DNA of 64,000 bases, taken from Deltaproteobacteria bacterium. Lineage in GTDB: Bacteria; UBA10199; JACPAL01; JAHFST01. The notes beneath the pieces are model-generated. The model was not told the origin of the DNA and searched no databases. It saw only the letters and a list, made by a program, of their open reading frames with translations. The position numbers and the translations under genes are program-made. Position 1 is the first letter of the stretch, and each line of letters begins with the position of its first letter. The stretch covers positions 168,482 to 232,481 of the forward strand of contig JAHFST010000003.1 in NCBI GenBank assembly GCA_023265625.1, read 5' to 3'. Shown here piece by piece: positions 39,308 to 49,131 of the stretch.

Positions 39308-41557
39308 TTATTCCTTTTCTAATCGAATGTTTAATGCCTTATTTTTGTCTTCGCTCAAATCTACGGTCCCCTCCCAGGTCTTGTAGCCTTCCAGTTCCAG
39401 CTTAACGTGATGGGCTCGATTTCTGGGGATATTGGCCAAACTGACGGGCGTTTTGATGCCCAAGGATTTGCCATCCAGAGAGATGTCGGCCCGAGCCGGA
39501 CGGCTGGTAATTTTCACCTCTCCCAAGGGGTCGCCGACGATTTTTTTCGGGGCGGCGGGTGTTGGGGGGGGCAGGGCGGCCGTTTCCTGTGGCGGAGGCG
39601 CTGGTTTTTCTTCTGGGGCCTTTGGCTCCACTGGTTTTGGCGCGGGCTCTTTGGCGGGTTCTTTGATGACGATCTCTGATTTTTTATTCACAGGAGATTT
39701 GGTGACGGGTGGCGGTGGTGGAATCGCCTCTGGTTTGACCACTTCCACGGCTGGCGGTGCTGCCACGGGGGCTTCAACAGCCGGTGGAGTGACTTCAGGC
39801 GGTGATGGAGTTGCAACGGGCGTTGGCGGTGGGGGAGGTGGTGCGACCACCGTAGGCAGCGGCGTGAATTTTCCCATCACCTTGACCGGCTCCGAACCAT
39901 TGGGGGTCACTTGCTGGGACCATTCATAGTAATCTTTTAAATAAAGTTTAACGGTATAATTTTTCCCCAATTCCAGGGCCTCAATCTTTGCGGGGGTATT
40001 CAGCCCGGTGGGTCGGTCATCGAGCACAATCAAGGCCCCCGAGGGGTCCGAGGTGATGTCCAAGCTCGCCTTGGGCACAGGTACGAGATTGGCCTGGATA
40101 TTGATGGTCTCTTGATTGGTGATGGCCACGGTGGTGGTGAAATCTTGATAGTCCTGTTTTTTGATGCGGATTTGATATTCCTCGCCCAGGGCCAATTTTT
40201 CGATACGCGCCGGGGTGACCATGCCGGCATCGACGTCATTAATCAGGATAGTGGCCCCTGGAGGGGTTGAGATGATGGCGAGACTGCCGTATTCGACCGC
40301 CTCTTCGGGGGCTTGTTGGACGGTTGGTCGAGCGGGTGTCGGTTTGTCCGTTCGATTGGGTGACTTCCACAGGTAAAAGGCAAAGAGCCCCAGGAGCAAA
40401 ATGAGCAACCCTCCACCCAGCCATAGGAAAGGGGTTACGACGCGCTCTTCCTGGGTTTCTTCAAACAGCCCGGAGACGGATGTCTCAGGCCCCGTGTCGT
40501 TGAGATTGGTGATGCTCCGACTGGGTGGTCCATGGACCACAATGTCTTCCATCTTGGACTGCTTCATCAAGACGGATCGGGTTTTTTCGGAAAGATTGAA
40601 GGGCGGGTCTTTTTTGCGAATCTCCGGGTCAAAGAGTTTGCCCAGCAAGGCGGAGAGTTGTCGCGGTGAAAAGTCTAAGTAGGATGAATAGAGGTATTTG
40701 GTCAGGTCGAGCTGAAAATCAGCGGCGCTTTGATAGCGATCCTTAGTGCTGAAGGTCAGGGCCTTGGCCACGATGGTCCGGAGTGGGGCTGCAATGGAGT
40801 CGGGTAATTGGGCGGCGGTAATCCTCTTGGTCCGGATCAGATTCAGCACCTCAAACTGGGTGTCGCCGGTGAAGAGCTTCTTGCCGGTGAGCATCTCGTA
40901 AAGGACGAGACCGGCGGAGAAGATGTCGGTGCGGTGATCGATCGGTCGGCCCAGGGCCTGTTCCGGGGACATGTAGGAAATCTTGCCCTTCAGAATCCCC
41001 GCGCTGGTATTGGAGACATTCATCGCGGCCTTGGCGATCCCAAAATCCACGATCTTGACCTCTCCCTCAAACGAGATCAGGATGTTTTGCGGGCTGATAT
41101 CGCGATGAACGATGTGGAGGGGATTGCCTTCGCTGTCTGTTTTGCGATGGGCGTAGTCTAACCCTTTGCACACCTCGCTCATGATATAGACGGCCGTGTC
41201 TTCCGAGAATTTTTCTCCCTGCGTTGCGAGGAGTCTGCCGAGGAGTTCGCGTAAGTTGGTGCCATTGATATACTCCATGGAGATGAAGTAATCTTCGCCC
41301 ACTTTACCCAGATCAAAGACTTGTACGATGTTGGCGTGCGACAGGAGGACGGTCAGCTTGGCCTCGTCAATCAGCATGCTGATGAATTCTTTGTCGGCGG
41401 AGTAGTGGGTCAGGATTCTTTTGATGGCGAGTTGTTTCTCAAACCCGTCCACGCCATAGGTCTTGGCCTTGTAGATCTCGGCCATGCCACCGATGGCCAA
41501 TTTATTCAATAAGACATAACGCCCAAAAGGTTTGGGCAAGCCGGTTTCTATCCCCAT
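39308..41557 (-). CDS. Ser/Thr protein kinase with a Pro-rich linker and three C-terminal PEGA domains
   Basis: Kinase subdomains (AIKRI...HRDISPQNILI...DFGIAK); C-terminal repeats STPPGATILINDV.., TSDPSGALIVLDD.., TSRPARADISLDG.. are PEGA-like. Confidence 0.85.
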   Translation of the reverse strand: MGIETGLPKPFGRYVLLNKLAIGGMAEIYKAKTYGVDGFEKQLAIKRILTHYSADKEFISMLIDEAKLTVLLSHANIVQVFDLGKVGEDYFISMEYINGTNLRELLGRLLATQGEKFSEDTAVYIMSEVCKGLDYAHRKTDSEGNPLHIVHRDISPQNILISFEGEVKIVDFGIAKAAMNVSNTSAGILKGKISYMSPEQALGRPIDHRTDIFSAGLVLYEMLTGKKLFTGDTQFEVLNLIRTKRITAAQLPDSIAAPLRTIVAKALTFSTKDRYQSAADFQLDLTKYLYSSYLDFSPRQLSALLGKLFDPEIRKKDPPFNLSEKTRSVLMKQSKMEDIVVHGPPSRSITNLNDTGPETSVSGLFEETQEERVVTPFLWLGGGLLILLLGLFAFYLWKSPNRTDKPTPARPTVQQAPEEAVEYGSLAIISTPPGATILINDVDAGMVTPARIEKLALGEEYQIRIKKQDYQDFTTTVAITNQETINIQANLVPVPKASLDITSDPSGALIVLDDRPTGLNTPAKIEALELGKNYTVKLYLKDYYEWSQQVTPNGSEPVKVMGKFTPLPTVVAPPPPPPTPVATPSPPEVTPPAVEAPVAAPPAVEVVKPEAIPPPPPVTKSPVNKKSEIVIKEPAKEPAPKPVEPKAPEEKPAPPPQETAALPPPTPAAPKKIVGDPLGEVKITSRPARADISLDGKSLGIKTPVSLANIPRNRAHHVKLELEGYKTWEGTVDLSEDKNKALNIRLEKE

Positions 41558-41982
41558 AAGAAAATTCTCAGTAAAATGATGCTAATTGTACTAATAAACA
41601 GGGTGAGCAGCCCATAGGCGATTACCGCCGGCACCCTCACCTTGCCCTTTGTGTTTAGAATCCCTAGGGCGACTAATTGAGGCATCAGTCTATTGGGGAG
41701 CATATTTTTTTGTGATGTTTCTGGGACTGCAATGCGATTCCAGGATACCTCGGCCTTGTTGCGAAACGCGGAGGGTCGGCTTGATTGCCTCGAGTCCGGG
41801 AGGAGTTTCTTCCAGGCTGGTTCGTCGCTTTTTTTATCAAATTGGTCCTTCTCCTGATCGGGCGAGTAAGACTTCCCCTCACGTTTTCCCTGTCTTTGCT
41901 CATCTTTGGCCTCTTCGACGATATACTTGCCTGAGTCGAGGCCGGAGATCCTGTTGATGGTTTTGCCCATAAATGGTGACAA
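41548..41982 (-). CDS. Hypothetical membrane-anchored protein
   Basis: 144 aa with a C-terminal TM helix; 10-nt overlap with the kinase gene. Confidence 0.4.
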   Translation of the reverse strand: MSPFMGKTINRISGLDSGKYIVEEAKDEQRQGKREGKSYSPDQEKDQFDKKSDEPAWKKLLPDSRQSSRPSAFRNKAEVSWNRIAVPETSQKNMLPNRLMPQLVALGILNTKGKVRVPAVIAYGLLTLFISTISIILLRIFLWG

Positions 41983-42077
41983 TAGTCTCTAGGGACTTAA
42001 GTCACCATTCTAGTCGAAAATATGACGGCAAAGCAACAAGATAATGGCATGGTTTTTGGGAGATTGAAGGGGGTGTT

Positions 42078-42106
42078 GTAGGGGCAACCCTCCGTGGTTG
42101 CCCTCC
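42078..42106. repeat. REP family 1 variant GTAGGGGCAACCCTCCGTGGTTGCCC (3' of yggT)
   Basis: GTAGGGGC arm plus the inner palindrome GCAACC-GGTTGC. Confidence 0.5.
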
Positions 42107-42117
42107 GTTGTGTCGCC

Positions 42118-42429
42118 CTAACGCAGCAACGAATGCGCAAAATCAAACAACAGATTGACGACGATCGTATCCACCGCGATCAAGAGGATAAAGACCACGA
42201 TGGGGGCGAAATCGATGCCGAAACGATACAATTTGGTTGGGATGAAGCGTCGGGCGAGGGAGAAGGCCGGTTCCGTGACTTGGTGGAGCAAGCGGACGAT
42301 CGGATTGTAGGGATCGGCTTGGATCCAGCTCATCAAGACCGCGATGGCGACCACAAAGCTGTAGAGATTGATGAGGAGCTGGAGGACTCGGGCTAAGGTG
42401 AGTACAAGATAACCAAGAATCGGCATCAA
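42118..42429 (-). CDS. yggT: YggT family membrane protein
   Basis: 103 aa, two TM helices; conserved position downstream of proC-yggS. Confidence 0.7.
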   Translation of the reverse strand: MMPILGYLVLTLARVLQLLINLYSFVVAIAVLMSWIQADPYNPIVRLLHQVTEPAFSLARRFIPTKLYRFGIDFAPIVVFILLIAVDTIVVNLLFDFAHSLLR

Positions 42430-43256
42430 CCCCTCCGGCGTAATTCCCGGGCCCGCTTGACGGCTGCCTCGACGACGCCTTCGACCAAGTTCGCAAAGCC
42501 CCGTTCGGCCATGACTTGCAAGCCCGCCTCGGTGGTGCCTCCCTTGGAGGCCACTTGCTCGATCAGAGAGGGGAGCGATTCAGACAATTTCTCCACCATC
42601 TTGGCGCTACCAATGAAGGTTTGCACAATGAGGGGGAGGGTTACCTCTTCTGGTAATTTCCACTTGAGCCCTGCCTTCACCATGGCATCGAGAAAACTGT
42701 AAACGAAGGCCGGTCCACTGCCAGAAATAGCGGTGACGACGTCTAGCCATTCCTCCTCCGGGACGAACAAGGCCTTGCCCGTTGCGGAAAAAATCTTTAA
42801 GGCCAGTTCTTTATCGGCCTCGGTAGTTTGGGGACTGGCGTACAGGGCTGTTGCCCCTTCTCCAATCAGGGCAGGGGCATTGGGCATGGCGCGGATGAGC
42901 CGCATGGAACTCGCCAGCGATTTTTTGAAGTAATGGGTATCGAGCCCTGCCGCGATACTGATGAGGAGCTGTTTTTGGTTGACCAAGACTTGGATCCCCT
43001 TGATGACCTCTTTCATCTGTTGAGGTTTCACCGCCAGGATCAGGATGGGGCTTTTGCGCGTCAGAAGTTGGTTATCCGGAAAGGGGGTGATCTTGTATTG
43101 CCTCCTGAGTTGACTGAGACGGCGCCGGTCGAGATCGGACACGCCAATGGCCGAGGCTGGAAATATTTTTTTCTTGATGATGGCGGCAATGATGGCACCC
43201 GCCATGTTACCGCCACCTATGAAACCGATAGATACTTGAGCGCGCTGTTTCATCAT
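42426..43256 (-). CDS. proC: Pyrroline-5-carboxylate reductase
   Basis: N-terminal Rossmann motif IGFIGGGNMAGAII and ProC-like length (276 aa). Confidence 0.85.
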   Translation of the reverse strand: MMKQRAQVSIGFIGGGNMAGAIIAAIIKKKIFPASAIGVSDLDRRRLSQLRRQYKITPFPDNQLLTRKSPILILAVKPQQMKEVIKGIQVLVNQKQLLISIAAGLDTHYFKKSLASSMRLIRAMPNAPALIGEGATALYASPQTTEADKELALKIFSATGKALFVPEEEWLDVVTAISGSGPAFVYSFLDAMVKAGLKWKLPEEVTLPLIVQTFIGSAKMVEKLSESLPSLIEQVASKGGTTEAGLQVMAERGFANLVEGVVEAAVKRARELRRRG

Positions 43257-43271
43257 TGTTAGGTCCTTGCG

Positions 43272-44021
43272 TTAAAGACGATTGCCAAAAATCCCGGTAC
43301 CGATCCTCACCAGGGTTGATCCCTCCTCAATCGCCACCTGATAGTCGTGAGTCATCCCCATGGAGAGCTCGGTGAGGGGAAGCTTATACACCCTCTTATT
43401 ATTAATTGCATCACGAATCTCACGGAGATGCTTAAAGTGAGGGCGTGCCGCCTCGGGATCGCTGGCTGGGGGCGGCATTCCCATGAGGCCTGTTAACTCC
43501 AGGTGGGTGAGGGGGGATAGTGCCCTGATGAGTGGATCCAGCGCTGCGAGGGCAATCCCACTCTTGGTGGCCTCTCCCAAATTGACCTCAATCAGGATGG
43601 GTTGGATTTTTCCCAGTTTGGCGGCTTGGTGGTTGATTTCTTCGGCAAGGCGCAGTGAGTCGACCGAATGAATCAAGGACACCTTGTCGATGATTTGTTT
43701 GACCTTATTGCGTTGCAGGTGGCCGATGAAATGCCATGTTGTTTCCTGTAGGGGCACCCCTCCGTGGGTGCCCTCTGCTTGGGTGCCCTCACGGGCCGGG
43801 CGGCCACACAGGGCCGCCCCTACGTGTTCCAATAATTCCTGGGCGTAGTTCTCGCCAAAATCCCTCTGACCTGCCTGCCAGGCTTCTTCTATCCTTGTGG
43901 TCGGTTGCCCCTTCGTGACGGCAATGAGGGTCACATGGGGGGGGATCTGTTGCCGAAGCTGCGATAATTTCTCGAAAATCGTCATTTCATTCTCTATAAT
44001 TGTTTTTTTCAATAATTTCAT
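43272..44021 (-). CDS. yggS: YggS-family pyridoxal-phosphate homeostasis protein (alanine-racemase-fold PLP-binding)
   Basis: VTLIAVTKGQP (PLP lysine), WHFIGHLQRNK, SMGMTHDYQVAIEEGSTLVRIGTGIFG; carries an extra 25 aa encoded by a REP insertion. Confidence 0.85.
   Translation of the reverse strand: MKLLKKTIIENEMTIFEKLSQLRQQIPPHVTLIAVTKGQPTTRIEEAWQAGQRDFGENYAQELLEHVGAALCGRPAREGTQAEGTHGGVPLQETTWHFIGHLQRNKVKQIIDKVSLIHSVDSLRLAEEINHQAAKLGKIQPILIEVNLGEATKSGIALAALDPLIRALSPLTHLELTGLMGMPPPASDPEAARPHFKHLREIRDAINNKRVYKLPLTELSMGMTHDYQVAIEEGSTLVRIGTGIFGNRL
43748..43823. repeat. Compound REP family 1 element (GTAGGGGCACCCCTCCGTGGGTGCCC...GGGCCGGGCGGCCACACAGGGCCGCCCCTAC) inserted in-frame in yggS
   Basis: Bounded by GTAGGGG and CCCCTAC; the encoded segment GAALCGRPAREGTQAEGTHGGVPLQ has no counterpart between the ENYAQEL and WHFIG motifs of canonical YggS. 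Confidence 0.7.
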
Positions 44022-44030
44022 GTATTTTCA

Positions 44031-44552
44031 ATGTTAGCCATGAAGCTTTCTCTTGCGGTGTGCAGTTTAATCATCCTATCGGGTTGTTTTGGTCGCGACT
44101 ATCGAGGCGGCATCATGCGCTACGAAATGGGGCGGGCCTATACCGGGACCCGCTCTTTTGCCATTCAGTCCCCACCAAAGCCTTGGAAAGGTCCAAAACT
44201 GAAATACAAGGAAATGGTTTACACCCATGATGGTATCGGTGGGACCATCGTGACCGACGCCCTCTGTGGCCCCAAGTTTGAGGATACCCCGGTCGTGTTA
44301 TTAGCCAAGCATCTCTTCTATAAGCTCGATCATGCCCAGATCAAGCCCGCCAGGTATTTTACGTTGGATGGACGGGAAGCGGTGCGAGTGGATGGCACGG
44401 GGAGCATGGATGGTGTCCCCTTGCAGATGCAGGTGGTGGTGATGAAGAAAAACTTCTGTCTCTATGATTTTGTCTATTTTGCCCCGCCCAAGAGCTTTGC
44501 GGCCGGGCGGAAAGATTTTGAAAATTATTATCAGAGTCTTGAGGCCCCCTGA
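44031..44552 (+). CDS. Putative lipoprotein
   Basis: Signal peptide with lipobox LSGC; 173 aa. Confidence 0.5.
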   Translation: MLAMKLSLAVCSLIILSGCFGRDYRGGIMRYEMGRAYTGTRSFAIQSPPKPWKGPKLKYKEMVYTHDGIGGTIVTDALCGPKFEDTPVVLLAKHLFYKLDHAQIKPARYFTLDGREAVRVDGTGSMDGVPLQMQVVVMKKNFCLYDFVYFAPPKSFAAGRKDFENYYQSLEAP

Positions 44553-45340
44553 TGGAAACCACTTACAAAAGAATTTTCAGCGGATTCGGGGAAAATCTCT
44601 TAAGCTTCCTGACCTATTTTGGCGGGTTGGCCGTCTTGGCGAGTCAGGCGATGAAGTCCTTGTTTGCCCGGAAGTTTCCCCTGCAGGCGACGATCGAGCA
44701 ATGTCATTTTGTCGGGATTAAATCGTTGAACCTGGTCAATTTGATCGCGGTCTTTACCGGCATGGTGTTGGCCCTGCAATTTGCGGTCGGGTTGGGTCGG
44801 TTTGGCCTGAAGCTGTACATCGGACAAGTCATCGGTTTGGCGATCATTCGTGAGTTGGGACCTGTTTTGACCTCCTTGATGTTGGCGGCGCGGGTTGGCT
44901 CCGGCATTGCGGCCGAGTTGGGGTCCATGGTGGTGACCGAGCAAGTCATGGCCATCGAGGCCTTGGGGGCCAATCCCATTCAAAAGTTAGTCTTGCCGCG
45001 CCTGGTGGCGACGGTGTTGGCCGCTCCCCTGTTGACGGTGATTGGCAATACGGTGGGCATCATCGGTGGGATGCTGATCACCGTGATGGAGGCGTCGGTG
45101 ACCCCGCGTTTTTATTTCGATCAGATCCAAAAAACGGTGGCCATCAACGATTTTTTGAGCGGGGTTTCAAAAACGATCTTTTTCGGATTCTTCATCGCCT
45201 TGATCGCTTGTTATGAGGGCCTCAAGACCCGAGGCGGCACGGTTGGGGTTGGGAAGGCGACGACCTATGCCGTGGTTTTTTCTTCCGTGATGATCTTTGT
45301 GGCGGATTTTTTCTTAACCAAGCTTTTTTTGATCCTATGA
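44552..45340 (+). CDS. mlaE: Mla/Ttg-type ABC transporter permease (MlaE family)
   Basis: 262 aa polytopic permease; followed by the MlaF-like ATPase and MlaD-like MCE protein. Confidence 0.8.
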   Translation: METTYKRIFSGFGENLLSFLTYFGGLAVLASQAMKSLFARKFPLQATIEQCHFVGIKSLNLVNLIAVFTGMVLALQFAVGLGRFGLKLYIGQVIGLAIIRELGPVLTSLMLAARVGSGIAAELGSMVVTEQVMAIEALGANPIQKLVLPRLVATVLAAPLLTVIGNTVGIIGGMLITVMEASVTPRFYFDQIQKTVAINDFLSGVSKTIFFGFFIALIACYEGLKTRGGTVGVGKATTYAVVFSSVMIFVADFFLTKLFLIL

Positions 45341-46074
45341 GCTTCATTGAATTCAAGGGTATTTCAAAATCCTTTGGCCCCAAACGGGTGACCGAAGGAT
45401 TGGCTCTCGAAGTGAACAAAGGGGAAACGCTCACCATTATCGGGGGGAGCGGAACGGGCAAGACGATTCTTTTGAAAATGTTGCTCAAATTGGTGTTACC
45501 CGACCGCGGCGCCATCCTCTTTGAGGATAAGGATATACTGAAGATGGATGAAGAAGACACCCGACTGCTCCGGCGTCGGATGGGGATGCTGTTTCAAGGG
45601 GGGGCGCTCTTCGACTCTTTGAATGTGAGCGAAAATGTTGCGTATCCGTTGCGCGAACATTTTAATCTTTCGGAAGACGAGATTGACCGGCGCGTTGCGG
45701 AAAAGATTGCCTTGGTCGGCTTGCCCGGCATCCAGGAGATGATGCCGGCCGATCTCTCGGGGGGGATGAAAAAGCGGGTGGCGTTGGCCCGGGCCATTGC
45801 GACGGATCCGGAGGTGATATTGTATGATGAACCGACGACTGGCTTGGATCCGACGAACACGCGACGGATCAACAAACTGATTCGCGATTTGCAGAAAAAG
45901 CTGAATGTGACGTCCATTGTGGTGACCCATGATATGGAGTCCGCTTTTTTTATCGCGGATCGTTTGGCGCTGCTGTTTGACCGCAAGATCGAGTTTGTCG
46001 GGACCCCGGAAGAGGCCAAGCGTTCCGGCAATGCGCGGGTGCGCGATTTTATCGAAGGCAATATAGGAGAGTGA
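45337..46074 (+). CDS. mlaF: ABC transporter ATP-binding protein (MlaF family)
   Basis: Walker A GGSGTGKT, signature LSGGMKKRVALARA, Walker B ILYDEPTTGLD. Confidence 0.85.
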   Translation: MSFIEFKGISKSFGPKRVTEGLALEVNKGETLTIIGGSGTGKTILLKMLLKLVLPDRGAILFEDKDILKMDEEDTRLLRRRMGMLFQGGALFDSLNVSENVAYPLREHFNLSEDEIDRRVAEKIALVGLPGIQEMMPADLSGGMKKRVALARAIATDPEVILYDEPTTGLDPTNTRRINKLIRDLQKKLNVTSIVVTHDMESAFFIADRLALLFDRKIEFVGTPEEAKRSGNARVRDFIEGNIGE

Positions 46075-46077
46075 CCC

Positions 46078-46884
46078 ATGGAATCCAAGGAGAGTACGCA
46101 AATTAAGGTTGGCGTCTTTGTTTTTTTGGGGATGCTGCTGGCCATGGGGATCATCTTTTTTCTCGGCAATGAGAAGAATCTGTTTGAACGGGAGTATCCG
46201 CTCTATGCGGTCTTCAAGGACATCAGCGGGCTTCGCCCCGGCGCCCAGGTTCAGTTGGCGGGGATTCGCGTGGGGGTGGTGGACCAGATTAGCTTCCCGA
46301 CGCAGATCGGTGAGAAGCATGTTCGGGTCCGGTTGCAGGTCAAGCAGGATTATCAGGAAAGAATTCGTTCTGACTCAACGGCTTCTATCAGTACCCAGGG
46401 ATTGTTGGGGGACAAGATGATTGCCGTCAGTTTGGGGAGTAACGATTTTCCCGTTATGCAGGCCGGATCGGAACTGACAACGGAAGAACGTACCAGCATC
46501 TTTGAAGCCGCCGAGAAGGGTATTGGTATGATGGATTCTGTCGATCAGGTGGCCAAAAAAATTGGCCATTTTTTTGATGCCATCGATAAGAGTCAAGGCT
46601 TGCTTCACTCCATCATCTACGAAACTCCCGAAAAGCCGATGGGCAAGAATGTGCGTCAAACCGCGGAAGACCTAAAGTTGGCCTCCAAGGAGTTGCGCGT
46701 CATGTTGGAGAAGATCAACAAGGGCGAAGGCACGGTGGGCGCCCTCTTGAGCGACCCCAGCCTTTACTATGATTTGCGTAAGCTATTTGGCAAGGTGGAG
46801 CGTAACCGGCTGCTGCGCGGCATCATCCGCAGCCGGCTTCAGAGCCTGGATCAAGACGGGACAGATCCGGAAAAACATCAGTGA
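46078..46884 (+). CDS. mlaD: MCE-domain substrate-binding protein (MlaD family)
   Basis: N-terminal TM helix and an MCE domain (…LAGIRVGVVDQISF…); third gene of the mla operon. Confidence 0.75.
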   Translation: MESKESTQIKVGVFVFLGMLLAMGIIFFLGNEKNLFEREYPLYAVFKDISGLRPGAQVQLAGIRVGVVDQISFPTQIGEKHVRVRLQVKQDYQERIRSDSTASISTQGLLGDKMIAVSLGSNDFPVMQAGSELTTEERTSIFEAAEKGIGMMDSVDQVAKKIGHFFDAIDKSQGLLHSIIYETPEKPMGKNVRQTAEDLKLASKELRVMLEKINKGEGTVGALLSDPSLYYDLRKLFGKVERNRLLRGIIRSRLQSLDQDGTDPEKHQ

Positions 46885-47056
46885 GTGCGTCATGACGCAA
46901 TGCGATACCGGGGCATAATTCTCTCGTACCAGGCATAGACAACTTTTTCGGATGCTGTTATAATTGAGTTATCAAGTAACCCTCTAGTTTGTTTCGATCT
47001 TTGATTTTTCAATCCGCAAAAAATGAAATGAAGTATTTTTCATTAAGGAGGTTCAG

Positions 47057-49123
47057 ATGGAAAAGCAAGATCTAGCGACGCTTCTCAAGAGTCTGCATGA
47101 CGTAAAAGGCTACCAAGGTCTCACTTGGGAAGGAAATTTTGAAGACTACTTGAAGCTCGTGCAAAAACATCCTTCCATCGCGCGTACCGCTTACCAGCGC
47201 ATGTACGACATGATCATCTCCCACGGTATGGAAGAATATACCGAATATAAGAAAAAAATAATCCGTTACCACTTTTTCAGCGATCCCTTGGAGAATGGCA
47301 AAGACGCCATTTTCGGGCTCGATCTTCCCCTGATGAAGATGGTCAATATCTTCAAGGCGGCCGCGATGAGTTATGGGCCGGAGAAGCGCGTCTTGTTACT
47401 GCATGGTCCGGTGGGCAGCGCCAAGAGTACGATTGCACGTCTCTTGAAAAAGGGCTTGGAGCAATACTCCCGGATCAATGACGGCATGATGTTTACGTTT
47501 TGGTGGAAAAAGAACGGGTTGGAGAACCAGGAGATTTTTGGCTCTAGTGAGCAGATTTTGTGTCCGATGCATGAAGAACCGCTGAGAGTTATCCCACACA
47601 AAATCAGGGATGAAATTTTGCAAAAGATCAATGAGGAGTTGCCGGAAGAAAAACGGATCAAGATGGACGGCGATCTGTGCCCTCCCTGTCGCTTTATCTT
47701 TAAGCGGTTGATGGAGAATTACCAGGGAGACTTGAACAAGGTGCTGGAGCACGTGGCGGTGCGACGGCTGCTCCTCTCCGAACAGGATCGTGTTGGGATT
47801 GGCACATTTCAGCCGAAGGATGAGAAGAACCAGGATTCCACCGAACTGACCGGGGATATCAATTATCGGAAGATTGCGGAATATGGTTCGGATTCCGATC
47901 CGCGGGCCTTTAATTTTGACGGGGAATTTAATATCGCAAATCGGGGGCTGATTGAATTTATCGAAGTTCTCAAGCTGGATGTCGCCTTTCTCTACGATCT
48001 GTTGGGGGCGTCGCAGGAACATCGGATCAAGCCCAAGAAATTTGCCCAGACGGATATTGATGAAGTCATTCTCGGCCACACCAATGAAGCGGAGTACCGG
48101 CGTTTGCAGAGCAATGAGTATATGGAGGCGCTGCGCGATCGAACGGTCAAGATTGATGTGCCTTATATTACGAAACTGACTGAGGAAAAGAAAATCTACG
48201 AGCGGGATTTCAATTCCGAACGGATTCGCGGCAAACACATTGCGCCCCACACCTTGGAGATCGCGGCGATGTGGGCTATTTTGACACGCTTGGAGGAACC
48301 AAAAAAGGCCAACCTGACTATTCTGCAGAAACTCAAACTCTATGATGGGAAAACCCTTTCGGGGTATACGGAAGACAATGTGAAGGAACTGCGCAAAGAG
48401 GTGACCCGCGAGGGACTCGATGGGATTTCGCCGCGCTACATTCAAGACAAGATCTCCAATGCGTTGGTCTTGGACCGTGCGGAGGGTTGCGTCAATCCCT
48501 TCACCGTGATCAATGAATTGGAAAGCGGCTTGAAACACCATTCCCTGATTCGTAATGAAGACCAGCGCAAACGTTTTGCCGAACTTCTGACCGTGGTCAA
48601 GGATGAGTATGAGGATATCGTCAAAAACGAGGTGCAGCGGGCGATCTGCGCCGATGAAGAGGCGATCAGTCGCTTGTGCAGTAACTATATTGATCACGTC
48701 AAGTCTTACACCCAGAAGGAAAAGGTCAAAAATAAATATACCGGGCAGTATGAGGAACCTGATGAACGTTTGATGCGTTCGATCGAGGAGAAGATCGATA
48801 TCCCGGAGAATCGCAAGGACGATTTTCGGCGCGAGATCATGAACTACATCGGCGCCTTGTCCTTGGAGGGGAAGACCTTCAACTACAAGACGAATGAGCG
48901 TCTGCACAAGGCCCTGGAGCTCAAGCTCTTTGAGGACCAGAAAGATTCGATCAAGTTGACCAGCCTCGTCACCAATGTGATCGACAAGCAAACCCAGGAG
49001 AAGATCGACATTGTGAAGAGCCGGTTGATCAAGAACAACCAATATTGCGACATCTGTGCGACCGACGTGTTGAACTATGTGGCTAGTATATTTGCTCGGG
49101 GGGATATCAAGGGGCATGCGTGA
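47057..49123 (+). CDS. prkA: PrkA family serine protein kinase
   Basis: 688 aa; AAA-like P-loop GPVGSAKST; typical PrkA length; followed by yhbH- and spoVR-like genes. Confidence 0.9.
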   Translation: MEKQDLATLLKSLHDVKGYQGLTWEGNFEDYLKLVQKHPSIARTAYQRMYDMIISHGMEEYTEYKKKIIRYHFFSDPLENGKDAIFGLDLPLMKMVNIFKAAAMSYGPEKRVLLLHGPVGSAKSTIARLLKKGLEQYSRINDGMMFTFWWKKNGLENQEIFGSSEQILCPMHEEPLRVIPHKIRDEILQKINEELPEEKRIKMDGDLCPPCRFIFKRLMENYQGDLNKVLEHVAVRRLLLSEQDRVGIGTFQPKDEKNQDSTELTGDINYRKIAEYGSDSDPRAFNFDGEFNIANRGLIEFIEVLKLDVAFLYDLLGASQEHRIKPKKFAQTDIDEVILGHTNEAEYRRLQSNEYMEALRDRTVKIDVPYITKLTEEKKIYERDFNSERIRGKHIAPHTLEIAAMWAILTRLEEPKKANLTILQKLKLYDGKTLSGYTEDNVKELRKEVTREGLDGISPRYIQDKISNALVLDRAEGCVNPFTVINELESGLKHHSLIRNEDQRKRFAELLTVVKDEYEDIVKNEVQRAICADEEAISRLCSNYIDHVKSYTQKEKVKNKYTGQYEEPDERLMRSIEEKIDIPENRKDDFRREIMNYIGALSLEGKTFNYKTNERLHKALELKLFEDQKDSIKLTSLVTNVIDKQTQEKIDIVKSRLIKNNQYCDICATDVLNYVASIFARGDIKGHA

Positions 49124-49131
49124 GGTAAAAC

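Noticed and set aside
39540-39900. Apparent low-complexity GC-rich repeats (GGNGGNGG) in 39540-39900
   Set aside because: They correspond to the Pro-rich linker (PPPPPTPVATPSPPEVTPP...) of the Ser/Thr kinase on the minus strand. They are not a tandem DNA repeat or a CRISPR array.
46886-46912. Hairpin TGCGTCATGACGCA after mlaD as a rho-independent terminator
   Set aside because: The stem is short and is not followed by a T-tract. It is not reported as a terminator.
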